Origin: Alphaproteobacteria bacterium
Lineage (GTDB): Bacteria > Pseudomonadota > Alphaproteobacteria > MPNO01 > UBA830
Reading direction: 5' to 3'
Assembly (NCBI GenBank): GCA_964291215.2
Contig: OZ219790.1
Span: 928,001-992,000 of the forward strand
DNA length: 64,000 nucleotides
Shown one piece after another: positions 31,713 to 42,709 of this stretch (positions within the stretch are counted from its first letter, which is position 1; each line of letters begins with the position of its first letter). The translations under genes and the position numbers were made by a program. The notes under the pieces were generated by a model, which saw nothing but the letters and a program-made list of their open reading frames with translations, made no database searches and was not told the origin of the DNA.

Positions 31713-33665
31713 TCAAGACCTCCGGGCCGCCGCCGAACGAAGACGGACGGAAAGCAGTTCGTAGGCCATGATCGCGAGGCCGCATGCCACGCCAGCCGCA
31801 TTGACCAGCGCAGCCGCATCGAAAATCTCCCAAGGCAACATGGCACCAAGACCCGCCGCGGCGAGAACCAGGCGAAGAGCAACATGAAGCGGGCGCACCA
31901 AATACCCGACCACGGCAAGCGATGCCAGATAGGTCCCTATCACCGCGGTGACGACATTGATCAGGATGTCGGCCGGCTCGCCAATCAGGATCAGGGTCGG
32001 CGAGAATACGAACAGAAACGGCACAAAATAGGCTGTCCACCCAAATTTCATCGCGGCGAAGCCGGTTGCCATCGGATCCGCCTTGGTAAGAGTGGAGGCA
32101 GCGAAGGCGGCAAGCGCAATCGGCGGCGTGATCATGGACATCATGCCAAAATAAAGAATGAAGAAATGGGCCGGGATGTCGGCAACACCGGACTCGATGA
32201 TGGCGGGAGCAATGAGTGCGCCAAGTAGCACGTAAATCGCGAGCGTTGGCATACCCATGCCGAGTACGATGCAGATGACTGCTGCGATCAGCAGCAGCAC
32301 TAGCTGCTGCTCACCTGCCAGTTCCACCAGTGCAAAAGTCAGCGCAAAGCCGAGACCGGTGAGATTGAGGATGCCGATGACGAAACCAGCGGTAGCCGTG
32401 ATCATCAGAAGCTCGATTACCACCCGGCCTGTTCTCCAGAGCACACCATAAAGGTCGGCCAGGCGCAGCCGCTCGCCGCGATAGCTTCGGACGAACGAAA
32501 TTGCGAGTGACGCGGTCGCGTAGATCGCCGCCCGTTCGGGCGGAAGATTGAGTTCGAACAGGGTGTAGATCAGTACCGCAAAAGGAAGCATGAAGTGCCA
32601 GCCCTCACGCAGGACATCGAGGGCCCGCGGCATATCCTCCTCTAGGAAAGTGATCTGTTCCTTGGCCGCGATGAGATCGACCTGGATGAAGACCGCAAAA
32701 TAGTAGAGCAGCGACGGGACAATCGCCGCAAGGACGATCTCGGCGTAGGGAATCTCGAGCATTTCCGCCATCAGAAACGCGGCAGCCCCCATGATCGGTG
32801 GCATGAACTGGCCGCCAGTGGATGCTATGGCCTCTATCGCTCCGGCATGGGTGGCGCGGTAGCCCGCCTTGCGCATCAGGGGGATGGTAATGATTCCGGT
32901 GGTCACTACATTGGATACGGCGGTGCCAGAAATGGTGCCGAAGAGGCCGGATGCCACGACGGAGATCTTGGCGGCGCCACCACGGCGGCGGCCAACAGTC
33001 GCCATCGCAATGTCGGTGAAGAACGTTCCACCGCCGGCTTGCATCAGCACCTGCCCGAACAGGATAAACATGATGACGATGGTGGTACCAACCTGGAGCG
33101 GAATTCCAAACAACGCGTTGGTGTTGAAACCCATGTTGACCGCAAGCTGCCAGAGCTCGACGCGCGAGCCCACGAGCTGGCCCGGAACCAAATGCCCGAG
33201 AGGTGCGTAAAGAATGAAGACGCCCGCAACACATAGCATGACATAGCCCGCGGACCGCCTCAGCCCGTCAATAATCAAACCCATAAGGACAGCACCGATT
33301 GCGACTCCGAGATCGGTGCTACCTCCGAGCCCGCCCTTGTCACGCAGATAGAGGAAATTGGCGGCAACGTAGGACAGTACGGCAAGCGAAAGGAGAACGA
33401 GGAGCACATCGTACCATGGCACCCGGCCCTCTTCACTGCGGTTGAAGCGGACGGACAGGAAGACGACCGCCAGTGCCAGCGCCATGATCGCGGCGTAATA
33501 CTGCTCGTTGACGAAGGCCAAGCCAAGATCCTGGAACAGGTCGACGTTCCAGAGAACGGCGATGACGGTCATGAAGGCTGACAGGCCGCGCCATATCACG
33601 CGCGCCCATGGTTGGATTCGATCGCCTGTTTCCGGCTCGGGCGTCGTGATGGCGTCAGTGGTCAT
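31713..33665 (-). CDS. TRAP fused permease (DctQM, 4TM/12TM)
   Basis: GGAAK, GTAVSNVVTTG, EAIASTGGQFMPPIMGAAAF, ITPP; start at MTTDA. Confidence 0.92.
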   Translation of the reverse strand: MTTDAITTPEPETGDRIQPWARVIWRGLSAFMTVIAVLWNVDLFQDLGLAFVNEQYYAAIMALALAVVFLSVRFNRSEEGRVPWYDVLLVLLSLAVLSYVAANFLYLRDKGGLGGSTDLGVAIGAVLMGLIIDGLRRSAGYVMLCVAGVFILYAPLGHLVPGQLVGSRVELWQLAVNMGFNTNALFGIPLQVGTTIVIMFILFGQVLMQAGGGTFFTDIAMATVGRRRGGAAKISVVASGLFGTISGTAVSNVVTTGIITIPLMRKAGYRATHAGAIEAIASTGGQFMPPIMGAAAFLMAEMLEIPYAEIVLAAIVPSLLYYFAVFIQVDLIAAKEQITFLEEDMPRALDVLREGWHFMLPFAVLIYTLFELNLPPERAAIYATASLAISFVRSYRGERLRLADLYGVLWRTGRVVIELLMITATAGFVIGILNLTGLGFALTFALVELAGEQQLVLLLIAAVICIVLGMGMPTLAIYVLLGALIAPAIIESGVADIPAHFFILYFGMMSMITPPIALAAFAASTLTKADPMATGFAAMKFGWTAYFVPFLFVFSPTLILIGEPADILINVVTAVIGTYLASLAVVGYLVRPLHVALRLVLAAAGLGAMLPWEIFDAAALVNAAGVACGLAIMAYELLSVRLRSAAARRS

Positions 33666-33760
33666 GGAGCGAACATATACACCAATCGGAGCCGAAAGCG
33701 ATTGTCCGGGCACCGGTTCGACACCATGCGCAGGAGTGATCGACGGTGCTCGAGTAGTTA

Positions 33761-34211
33761 GTGCCCGCGCGGAAATGACCGTTTTGGCTGAGATTCCGGC
33801 AAAATTTCTGGTTTGATCGCCCTTCCGGGTCCCGCTCCGTTTTCGGGGGGATTTCTGCTGATTCGCAGCGGTATCAGGGCTCTTCCAGCCGAGAAGCCGG
33901 ACGAGCGGCTCCGTTCCCGCTCCCGGCGGGTTTCGCGGGTGGGGTAGGGACGCCGCCGTCAGGCGGCGCGTTTTCGTCGTCGTCGGGCCCGTCTGTGCAA
34001 CAGCAGGCGGTGGACATTGAAGACGACCATGGACAGCGCCACCATCCGCGCAAAGCCGTCCGCCCCACAGGACCCGGTCCATGCCGCGTTGCTCAAGATT
34101 GTTGATCGCCGACTCCACGGCCGGATGCTGTCGGCGCATCTCCCGGAACGTCGGGTCAGCTTCCCGTTCCCGGTCCGCCCGACCAGGCTTTCCCTTCTTC
34201 GGTAGCGCGTT
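33761..34211 (-). mobile_element. ISNCY (ISDol1-like) right-end fragment
   Basis: Near-identical reverse complement of about 62272-62713, terminus GTGCCCGCGCGGAAAT. Confidence 0.85.
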
Positions 34212-34227
34212 GTGATCCCTTGTGATC

Positions 34228-35734
34228 GGGTGAGACTCTCGTATGGCACGGTTGCAGGCTCAGTACCACTTGTTCATCTCATGCGGCCAGTGCCGGGGTG
34301 TGATTTGGGCTGATGTTGTCGTTGGCCGGTGCGTCGTCTGCACCAATCATGGCCGTCCACGCGCTCTCGAAGCGGCCGGATTCGAGCAGGGCGCGGAAGG
34401 CGATTGTCCGCCGACGATGAGCCAGCGCATGCCGGAGCGTTTCATGCGCTGTGTGACAAGGGTCTTGTTTGCCGCCTCGACAATTCCCGAGCCGGTTGCT
34501 TCAGCGCGTGGTAGCGCATGCGGTGGCGATGCTTGCGAAAGAAGGACAGTTCCCTGTCGATGTCGGCCCGTTGGCGCCGCAGTGTCGCGAAGGTGGCGCA
34601 GCGCCCGGATCACCCTGTCGATGCCGCGGGGGTCGTGACGCAGGATCTCGCGGTACTTCTCGAACCAGTGGGGCACCGCTGCATGGTCGGCCGCCACGCG
34701 CAGATGCTCGCAGGCATACCTCGGTTTCGGGCTCAAGACCCCCGAGGAAGGTCCAGTTGTCGGCGGCGGCGTCGGCGATGGCGCTGATCTCGGGACGTCT
34801 CCGTTTGATATGCGCGACTTCGCTTGCGAGCTGCGCCTTCAGTGTGCACTTTCGGCCCTCGGGCATGCGGCCGAGACAGACGGTCTTCAGGCGCTCACCG
34901 TCGGCGTCGTGGAAGGAGACCGTGCCGCAGGCCGCCTCACGCCAGCAGGCCTCGGAACGGCCGTCCTCGCCGGCCCGCAGCGCCACCATGACGCCGTCCA
35001 GCGAGGCGGTGACCGCGTCCTGCGGGATGTCCTCCGCTTCCCGGATGTCATCCAGGGGGGCCGAGACTTTCCCGGCGCTCCTGCATGGTCAGGCGCTGCA
35101 AGGTGCTGGCGTCATGGCGCCGAGCTTGCCGAACAACGCCTCCGCTGCCGCCCATCATCATCAGCCCAAGCCGCCGGCCGTGTCAGCTAGTCGTCGACGA
35201 GGCTTTCGTCCACCGGCATCAGCGACCGGCAGCGCGCGCCGGTGCGGCACGCCGAAAGGTCACCGGGCGAGGTCATCATCGTCTTCGGCGCCCCATCTCT
35301 GCCCGTCCCGCTCGATCCGGAGCGCACCGTCGTCCCGGGCCTCGGCACCCGGGATCTCGCAGCGCGTACACGCTCTCACGCACCCGCCGCTCCGTTTCCT
35401 CAAAGGCCTCGGCAGAGCGCTGCGAACCGAGTTGCCGATGACAAACCGCGGTTATCTGCGTGACCGCCTCGACAACCCGAGGCGGCAAGCCGGAAATATC
35501 GATCGACGCGGAAGGCTGCGAAACTGACATGCGAGCGCTCCTGATGCTGTGGATTGTCACCAATATCATATCGCATCTTGCGGTGCAGAGCGTTCCCACC
35601 TCTACCGCTCGGCCCGTGACAAAATCCTGTCCTGAAACGGGCGATTGTCACGAAAACCCGTTTTTGCTGCTGCCTCGCGACCACATAACCGCGTTAAATC
35701 AATGGCTTGCATTCGCCATACGAGAACTGCACCC
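34228..35734 (-). mobile_element. Decayed ISKra4/ISLre2-like element
   Basis: IRs GGGTGAGACTCTCGTATGGC / GGGTGCAGTTCTCGTATGGC; fragments WREAACGTVS, ADAAADNW, GSGIVEAANK..RMKRSGMRW in shifting frames. Confidence 0.8.
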
Positions 35735-36474
35735 CGGAGAGGCGGCGGAGATTCGCAACGCCGCCGTGAGCGGCGAGGTCGAGTGCCGCTGCCACGGGCG
35801 CAACTTCATGGTCGCGGAGATGCGGCTGCTGCGCGAACTGACGATCACGGAGCGGACCCCATCGCCCGCGCCTTCTGCCGCCGCCAGCCCCGAAGCTGAT
35901 CACGTCGGACACCAAGCCGCTGCTCGACGCCCCGAAGACCCTCGACGAGCTCCGCCCGCTGATACTACCTCGGATACACGCGCCTGGTCGGCGCGCAGAT
36001 GCGCTACGCGGTCCATGACCGGAACGGCGAGCCGCTGCTCGGCTTCTCGACCGCCGCATGGAGCGCGCGCTGCAACACCCCGCCCGTGCCCTGCAAGACC
36101 TTGGTCGAGGTCCCGCGCCATAGCGTCTGCAGGGCCGCGGGCCGGATCCGCGTCGGAACAACCAGCGGGCGCGGCCGCCACGACCGACATGACAGAAGCC
36201 GAAGAAGGACATCTGGCCCGCTCCGCAAGGACTGGAAGCAGACCCTTAATCGCTGAACCCTGCAACCGGCACAGGATGACGCTCAGCTCCTCCTCCGCAG
36301 CGCCGGGACAAAGCGCAACCAATGCGGAAAACACGGCATGGCGCCAGTGCCCGCCAACCTCACCGCGCATCCCGCCCAGCGGTGCACGAAACCGCTCCGG
36401 ATGACGCTGGAACTCCCTGACAAAAGCCCGTCAAACGGACGAAAACAACAACACCTCACCGCACGAACGAACGC
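35735..36474 (+). mobile_element. Decayed DUF4338 (DruA-like) gene with element terminus
   Basis: YLGYTRLVGAQMRYAVHDRNG, GFSTAAW, GTTSGRGR, PLRKDWKQTLNR, followed by the repeated end. Confidence 0.75.
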
Positions 36475-36477
36475 TCC

Positions 36478-37068
36478 CCCTGCTGCAACCGGTTCAACCG
36501 CTGGCGCAAGAAGGGAGTCTGGGATCAATTGATGGATACGATAGTGGAGGCTCACGACGGCAATGTGCAGATGATCGATAGTTCGAGCGTCCGGATTCAC
36601 CAGCATGCGGCGGGATCAAAAAAGGGGGGGGCGGATCGTTGCATGGGCCGTTCCCGTGGCGGACTGACCACGAAGATCCACGCCGTGTCGGACGTTACCG
36701 GCCTGCCGGTCCGCTATGACCTCAGCCTCGGCCAAGCACATGACACCACGGCCGCCGGCGCCATGCTGGCGCCCCTGCCGCCCGACAGTTTCCTCGTCGC
36801 CGACAAGGCCTATGACGCCAAATGGATCCGTGACCTGATCGAACATCACAATGCCGTCCCGATCATCCCCGACCGAGAAGGCGCGAAGACCAGGCACGCC
36901 TTCTCCAAATCCTTGTATCGATTGCGAAACCGGATCGAACGCGCCTTCAACAAGCTCAAGCAGTTCCGACGCATCGCCACCCGCTACAAAAAGCTCGCTG
37001 CCAACCTCCTCGCCATGATCAAGATCGCCACTGTCAGGCTCTGGCTACGCGCTTATGAGTCCACGGCC
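36478..37068 (+). mobile_element. IS5 family (IS427-group) transposase, 5' truncated
   Basis: NRFNRWR, MIDSSSVRIHQH, GRSRGGLTTKIH, ADKAYD, RNRIER..KQFRRIATRY; end TGAGTCCACGGCC. Confidence 0.9.
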
Positions 37069-37069
37069 A

Positions 37070-37507
37070 CTAATCAGTGGTCAGGAACCGCCAGCCTACT
37101 TTTTTGGCAAGCCGCTTCGCGAACCCTTTGGTAATTTTCCCCCACGCATTGCAGTGGGCGTGGTCGCTGGGTTTAGGGTCCCATCCCACCTTGAGGTCGA
37201 CTTGTCGAAGCTCGACTACCGGGAAACAGGCGACGGCATCAAACCGGCCCTCACCCCATTGGTCGACACTCTTACCGATGCACTTCAGTATCTTCTTTAC
37301 GGCAAGTGACATGCCTTGATGCTTGTCGCTGGAAGGGCGAAATGCACCCGAAGATATCCGGCGCTTGCCGGTGTTGCGGTCGCAGATAATGTGCTGCCGT
37401 GGAATGCCGCGCAGCAAGGTGTCACCCGCATGAATCTGCGGATGGTCATGCGGAATTACTTCCCCTTCATCATCCAGCGGAGAGGGACACGTGGGTGCGC
37501 AGCCCAT
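37070..37507 (-). CDS. Hypothetical protein, candidate ADP-ribosyltransferase-like toxin
   Basis: LLR..SSGAF..GMSL..DP..HAH pattern; ATG abuts the upstream stop; lower GC than flanks. Confidence 0.65.
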   Translation of the reverse strand: MGCAPTCPSPLDDEGEVIPHDHPQIHAGDTLLRGIPRQHIICDRNTGKRRISSGAFRPSSDKHQGMSLAVKKILKCIGKSVDQWGEGRFDAVACFPVVELRQVDLKVGWDPKPSDHAHCNAWGKITKGFAKRLAKKVGWRFLTTD

Positions 37508-38254
37508 CTAACGGCGCAACGCTCGGAACAGGCACGAGATCTTCGCAAGGTCGTGCAGACTGTCAATAGGGGCCTCGACGATGCTTCCATCGTCAGTGCG
37601 TTCGTGGTGTAAGGAGGTGGCACAGTCAGGGGCAATTTCGACCTCGATTTCATGGACGCCGACATACCATTCCAGCTGCAGCCCCCCGTTCGAGAGCGGA
37701 ACCACATCCGGCCTGAACGTCGTATGCCTACCGATCGCGTCCAAGAGGCAAAGTACGTGTTTTGCGATGTCGGGCAGGACCGCGATCCCGTCGTAGCCAT
37801 CCCATCCAGCCTCAAGTCTGGTGAACTCATTGATAGTTGCACGGGACCGCTCCGTGAGCGTCTCGATCGGAGCAGGTTCCGCCCACTCGAACGGGAACAA
37901 GACACTCGACTCCGTAAGGCGTGTCGGAAGATTACCCCAAGTTTCTTCTCCCGTCGATGCACCAAGTGTACGGTTCGACCCCGAGGCAGCCTCTTTGAAC
38001 AGTCGAGGCACTTCCGCAAACATCAGAGCGAGGTCGTGGGTCGGGCTCTCCCCCTCCCCGGAACGGAACCGCCAAACAGGGTCGTTAGTGGCGTCGGTCC
38101 AATCAGTGTCAACATTTCGATCAGCTGACACGGGCGCAGGGGAGGCATTGAGCAATCGTGAATAGGACCTCTTTTGCTGCCCTAGCTTAACGGACCGGTG
38201 AAACCCCTGCTCGGGAGCGTTCGATGTGGACAGTATCGCGAGCATGTTATCCAT
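37508..38254 (-). CDS. Hypothetical protein, candidate antitoxin (WDGYDG/GGLQLEW domain)
   Basis: Low-complexity N-terminal half, compact C-terminal LEAGWDGYDG..PLSNGGLQLEW; start overlaps upstream stop. Confidence 0.7.
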   Translation of the reverse strand: MDNMLAILSTSNAPEQGFHRSVKLGQQKRSYSRLLNASPAPVSADRNVDTDWTDATNDPVWRFRSGEGESPTHDLALMFAEVPRLFKEAASGSNRTLGASTGEETWGNLPTRLTESSVLFPFEWAEPAPIETLTERSRATINEFTRLEAGWDGYDGIAVLPDIAKHVLCLLDAIGRHTTFRPDVVPLSNGGLQLEWYVGVHEIEVEIAPDCATSLHHERTDDGSIVEAPIDSLHDLAKISCLFRALRR

Positions 38255-38920
38255 GATCCCTTCGATCTAGGTTCTCAATCAGGTCATGGGCACCACGCCA
38301 GAGCCTCCTCAGCATGTCCTTCATTTCATTGTCATCGGGCATCCGCGCCTCGGGGACATGAAGATTGGCACTCAGGAACACTTTTGTGGTTTCGGCGACC
38401 TGCAATCTGGGCTCCAGCGTGATTGTCCATTGCCAACCTTCCTCATGTGCAAACAGCTTTCCGGCTCCACCCACATGTGTCCATCGTTCGTTCAACTCGT
38501 TCGCGCGGACGAAAAGACGCCGACCCAAATAGGTGCGTGCGGCCTCTCCAGAGTCCTGATCGTAGACCATGTCGATGTTGAAGCCGAAGGCCGCAGGACT
38601 TTCCTCCTGCAGGTTAGTGTTGGTGGCGGCCAAGCCTGCCAACCGCACGACCGATTCCACATCATCGACTTGCCCAGGATACTCCCGTACCACTCGCGTA
38701 GTGTGCTTGGCTGTTTCCACGAACATGCGATCGCGCGGGATCGTCAGTCGGCGGCCTTGGCTGGGAGTAGATTGAGTTGGGTCGAGGGCCAGTCCGACCT
38801 CGGTGATGATCTCTGATTCGAGGGTGGCGCGAATGCGACGATCTCGTTGTCGGTCCTGAGTAGCTGAAGACCGAGAAACACAGCGTTGATCGAGAGGACA
38901 TCTTGGACAGTTGTTGCCAT
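38247..38920 (-). CDS. TIGR04255-like hypothetical protein with a 1-nt frameshift near 38831
   Basis: MATTVQDVLSINAVF..EIVAF joins RATLESEIITEV..AFGFNIDMVY.. if one base is restored. Confidence 0.6.
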
Positions 38921-39024
38921 CACGCTTCCCTGTGACAGGCTCCAGTTGCGCACACTTTGATGCCGAGTGTAGGATTTCCAGAGGCCAAATGCAATGGAGC
39001 GCAGGATCGTTTTCAGGTGTTTCC

Positions 39025-39310
39025 CACGCTGCATTCAATTTTGCTGTCTTCTGCTGTCCGGAGGTTTCACGGCGTGCCGGGTTTTCTGGCTTCGGGGCCG
39101 TCCGCGGTCGTCGCCGGCGGCGTTACCGGCGCGTGGGCGGGCTGTTTTCGGGATGTGGGCGGCGTCCGGGAATCGGCCGGACACCATTGGCGCTCAGGGC
39201 CGGGCTGCGACGGCTTCCCGGCGGTCGAGCCGCCGCCGTGTTTCGGCGAGGTTCTCGCGTCGGTTGGCGAAGATCACCGCGAGCGCGATGTTATCGAAGC
39301 TGGCGCGGTT
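39025..39310 (-). mobile_element. ISAs1-like transposase C-terminal remnant
   Basis: NRASFDNIALAVIFANRR, cut by the IS256 end at 39311. Confidence 0.45.
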
Positions 39311-39828
39311 GATTACGCAACCTGATGTCTGGAAATTGTCGTGAAGCTCTCAGTCATCGAGCTGTTCCCATTCGATCTTGGTTTCGGTTTCCCATTTTTC
39401 GTCGATGAGGACCGCGGTTGAGAGGCGCTCCAACGAGGCGAGGTTCGGAAAGACCCTGACTTTGGAGGTGCGCCGCTTGAGCTCTTGCTGGATCGGTCGC
39501 TCGATGCCGTTCGAGGTTCGCATACGCTTGTGGTGAGCATCGGGCAAGGTGAAGACAGCGAGCCCCGCATTCTTTTCCAGCCAGGAAGCCCGGATGCTTG
39601 TCGCGATAGCTGGCCACGAGGGCGCCCAGTTCAGCCTCGGCGGTTTGGAGTGAGGACGCATGGCTCCGAGCTGTTTTCCAATACGTTTCCTGATGTCGTT
39701 GTTCGGTGCACGGCGTTTTGCGCCAAGTGGAACTGGCAGCGCTGCCACGTCGCCGCGCCCAGCACCGCGCGTCGTGCCGCTTTCAGCCCGGCATCCGAGA
39801 CGATGAAGGTCGTACCATGTAGGGCTAG
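39311..39828 (-). mobile_element. IS256 family 3' fragment (copy A)
   Basis: QRCQFH, RTSNGIER..ELKRRT..VFPN; near-identical to 40181-40692. Confidence 0.88.
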
Positions 39829-40180
39829 GTTGTGGACTCAAATAATTGGTTTGCGATTCTGCGGAGCAAGAATCGGCTGGCAGCCAGTTGCACGGCGGAG
39901 AGGAAGTTCCTTGTCATAACGGGTGGCGACCCGTCGGAACTCCTTGATCTTACCGAAGAACCGCTCGACCAGGTTGCGCATCCTGTAGACCTCGCGGTCG
40001 AGCGGTCGTGGCAATGTCCGGTTGGATTTCATGACCGCGGTTGCTCCTGCTGTCTCGATTAGGTCGAGAATGGCGTCGGTGTCGTAGGCCTTGTCGCCGA
40101 CCACCGTCTCGCCATGCCCGAGGTCGGCGAGAAGCGCCTCCGCCTGCGCGCAGTCGGCCGCCTGGCCCGGGGTCAGGAAC
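39829..40180 (-). mobile_element. IS5 family 3' fragment
   Basis: GDKAYD, RNLVERFFGKIKEFRRVATRYDK; end TGAGTCCACAAC then CTAG. Confidence 0.85.
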
Positions 40181-41410
40181 GATTACGCAACCTGATGTCT
40201 GGAAATTGTCGTGAAGCTGATCGAGCTGTTCCCATTTGATCTTGGTTTCGGTTTTCCATTTTTCGTCGATGAGGACCGCGGTTGAGAGGCGCTCCAACGA
40301 GGCGAGGTTTGGAAAGACCCTGACTTTGGAGGTGCGCCGCTTGAGCTCTTGCTGGATCGGTCGCTCGATGCCGTTCGAGGTTCGCATACGTTTGTGGTGA
40401 GCATCGGGCAAGGTGAAGACAGCGAGCCCCGCATTCTTTTCCAGCCAGGAAGCCTGGATGCTTGTCGCGATAGCTGGCCACGAGGGCGCCCAGTTCAGCC
40501 TCGGCGGTTTGGAGTGAGGAGGCGTGGCTCTGAGCTGTTTTCCAATACGTTTCCTGATGTCGTTGTTCGGTGCACGGCGTTTTGCGCCAAGTGGAACTGG
40601 CAGCGCTGCCATGTCGCCGCGCCCAGCACCGCGCGTCGTGCCGCTTTCAGCCCGGCATCCGAGACGATGAAGGTCGTACCATGCAGGGCTAGCAAGCTTT
40701 CCAGGAAGGCTCTCCAATGGACCTCAGCCTCGGAGAGCGCCACAGAGAGCCCCAGAACGTGCCTGCAGCCCCTATTCCGATGGCCGAGAGCACTGCGACA
40801 TCGCGCACAACGCCGTCATGGCGGGCTTTTTCATAGCGCGCATCCAGGATCAGGTATTTCATCAGGGGCCGGTTGCGCGGCGAGTTCTTCGTCGAGCAAC
40901 CTGGTGGCCCCCTGAGAAGAGGACAGGCTCCCGAACTCGCGCATTACATCCTGCCGCGTGGAAACACCCTTGATGTACATCTCGGCTACGGCGCGAGAAG
41001 ATCGCTGGCCGCGTTCAAGCGACTGGGGGGGGGTCGTCCCCGTGACCGTTTGGCACCTGAACGGTAACAGTGGGGGTGTCGATCCGCTTGTAGCCGTTGG
41101 CCCTGTCGTTCCGGTGTCCGGTGGCCCGCTTTCAAGTGCTGCTCGCGCTCGATTTACATCGCAAGCTCGAAAAGCTGACCAAAGATCCGCCCCAGATCCG
41201 TTGCTCCGTTTGCGATCAGATGTTCCAAAACGGCCTCAATCGTCGTAGTGTGTCGCAGGTCCATTCGCTTCCTCCATGAATGTTTACAGCTCCATGGGAT
41301 AGCACGATGGCACCGCGTTTCACTGGGGGGGGGGGGGGCTAGCCCCCCCCCCCCCCAACGCCTCAAAGCGCAAACCTCAGACAAATTTCCAGACATCAAG
41401 TTACAGTACC
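40181..41410 (-). mobile_element. Decayed full-length IS256 (copy B)
   Basis: IRs GATTACGCAACCTGATGTCTGGAAATT / GGTACTGTAACTTGATGTCTGGAAATT; frameshifted transposase from ATG 41264. Confidence 0.9.
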
Positions 41411-41433
41411 ACCGCAAAAAACACCACCGCACA

Positions 41434-41586
41434 CCAATGCGGAAAACACGGCATCGCGCCAGTGCCAGCCAACCTCACCGCGCATCCCGGCGCACGAAAC
41501 CGCTCCGGATGACGCTGGAACTCCCTGACAAAAGCCCTTCAAACGGACGAAAACAACAACACCTCACTGCACGAACGAACGCTTAC
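41434..41586 (+). repeat. Terminal fragment of the DUF4338 element (copy 3)
   Basis: Matches 36318-36474; ends GAACGAACGCTTAC. Confidence 0.85.
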
Positions 41587-41588
41587 TA

Positions 41589-42709
41589 GTGTTATGTCAG
41601 CAATGATATGTCGTACATTTGGTGCTAGACTGTCCGTCCATTCGGGATGGAGGTCGGAGTATGAAACGCTACGTGGTGACCCTGGACGAACGGGCAGAAC
41701 TTTCGGAGATCAAGGGCTCGCATCTGTCGCAAAAGGTAATCAACGCCCTGCTCAACTGCGACGAGGGCGCGTTCAATGAATGCCAGATGACCGGGAAGGT
41801 CATTGCCGAGATTCTGCGCATCAGCATGCGCAAAGTAGACCGGGTGAAGAAGCGTTTCGAGGGGCTGGAGGCGGCATTGGGTGGCCGGCAAGGACGCCGT
41901 CCTACCTACATGCGAAAAGCCGACGGCACCTTCGAGGCGCGTGGCTCTGAGTTGTGGTGAACCGCCTGAGGGTTACGCGCAATGGTCGTTGCGGCTGCTG
42001 GCCGACCGCGTTGTTGAACTTGGTTACGCCGTGTCACACGAGACGGTGCGGCGTGTTCTAAAAAAACTGCCTCAAGCCATGGCAGCGGGTTGGGTGGGTG
42101 ATTCTTCCTCAAGGGAATGCCGACTTCGCCGCGGCGAAGGTGCTCGATGTCTATCGCCGTCCCGCCGCCTTCCCCGTGGTCTGCATGGACGAAACGCCCC
42201 CCGACCGGCGAGACACGGCAACCGATCGCCATGGCGCCGGGACGGTCAGCACGTAACGACTACGAGTATCGACGTTGCGGCACCTGCAACGTCTTCACGG
42301 AACCCCTGGCCGGCAAGCGCATGACCAAGGTAACCGAGCGCAAGATCGACTGGGCGCAGTTCCTGGCCGACATCGCCGGGCGCTACCAGAATGCTACCAC
42401 CATCACCCTAGTGATGGACAATCTCAACACTCCCCGGCGCCTTCTATGAGGCCTACCCGCCGGACGAGGCCTTGTGGGACCGCTTCGAGTTCGTCTACAC
42501 CCCCAAGCACGGCAGTTGGCTGAACGTGGTCGAACTCAACGTCATGATCCGCCTGAACCGCCGCATCGACTGCATCGAGGTGTTACGCCGGGAAGTTGCC
42601 GCCTGGCAGGCGACCGCATCCAGGCCAAGGTGGATTGGCAGTTCACCACCGACGATGCCCGTGTGAAACTCAAACATTTTTATCCGACATTTTATGAATG
42701 ACAAGACGC
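41589..42709 (+). mobile_element. Decayed IS630 element
   Basis: WSLRLLA, SHETVRRVLKK, VCMDE, VMDNLNT, YTPKHGSWLN; TA within CTAG at both ends. Confidence 0.9.

Noticed and set aside
31713-34139. 808-aa ORF as a transposase-TRAP fusion
   Set aside because: The first ~157 aa are chance read-through from the ISNCY fragment; the permease begins at 33665
35735-36257. Druantia anti-phage system
   Set aside because: Only a decayed DUF4338 gene next to an IS-like terminus; no DruE helicase or other Dru genes
30275-36474. Composite transposon carrying the TRAP/TAXI genes between inverted DUF4338-element ends
   Set aside because: The 36 kb end lacks its last bases and abuts IS5, and no target duplication is visible, so it cannot be supported
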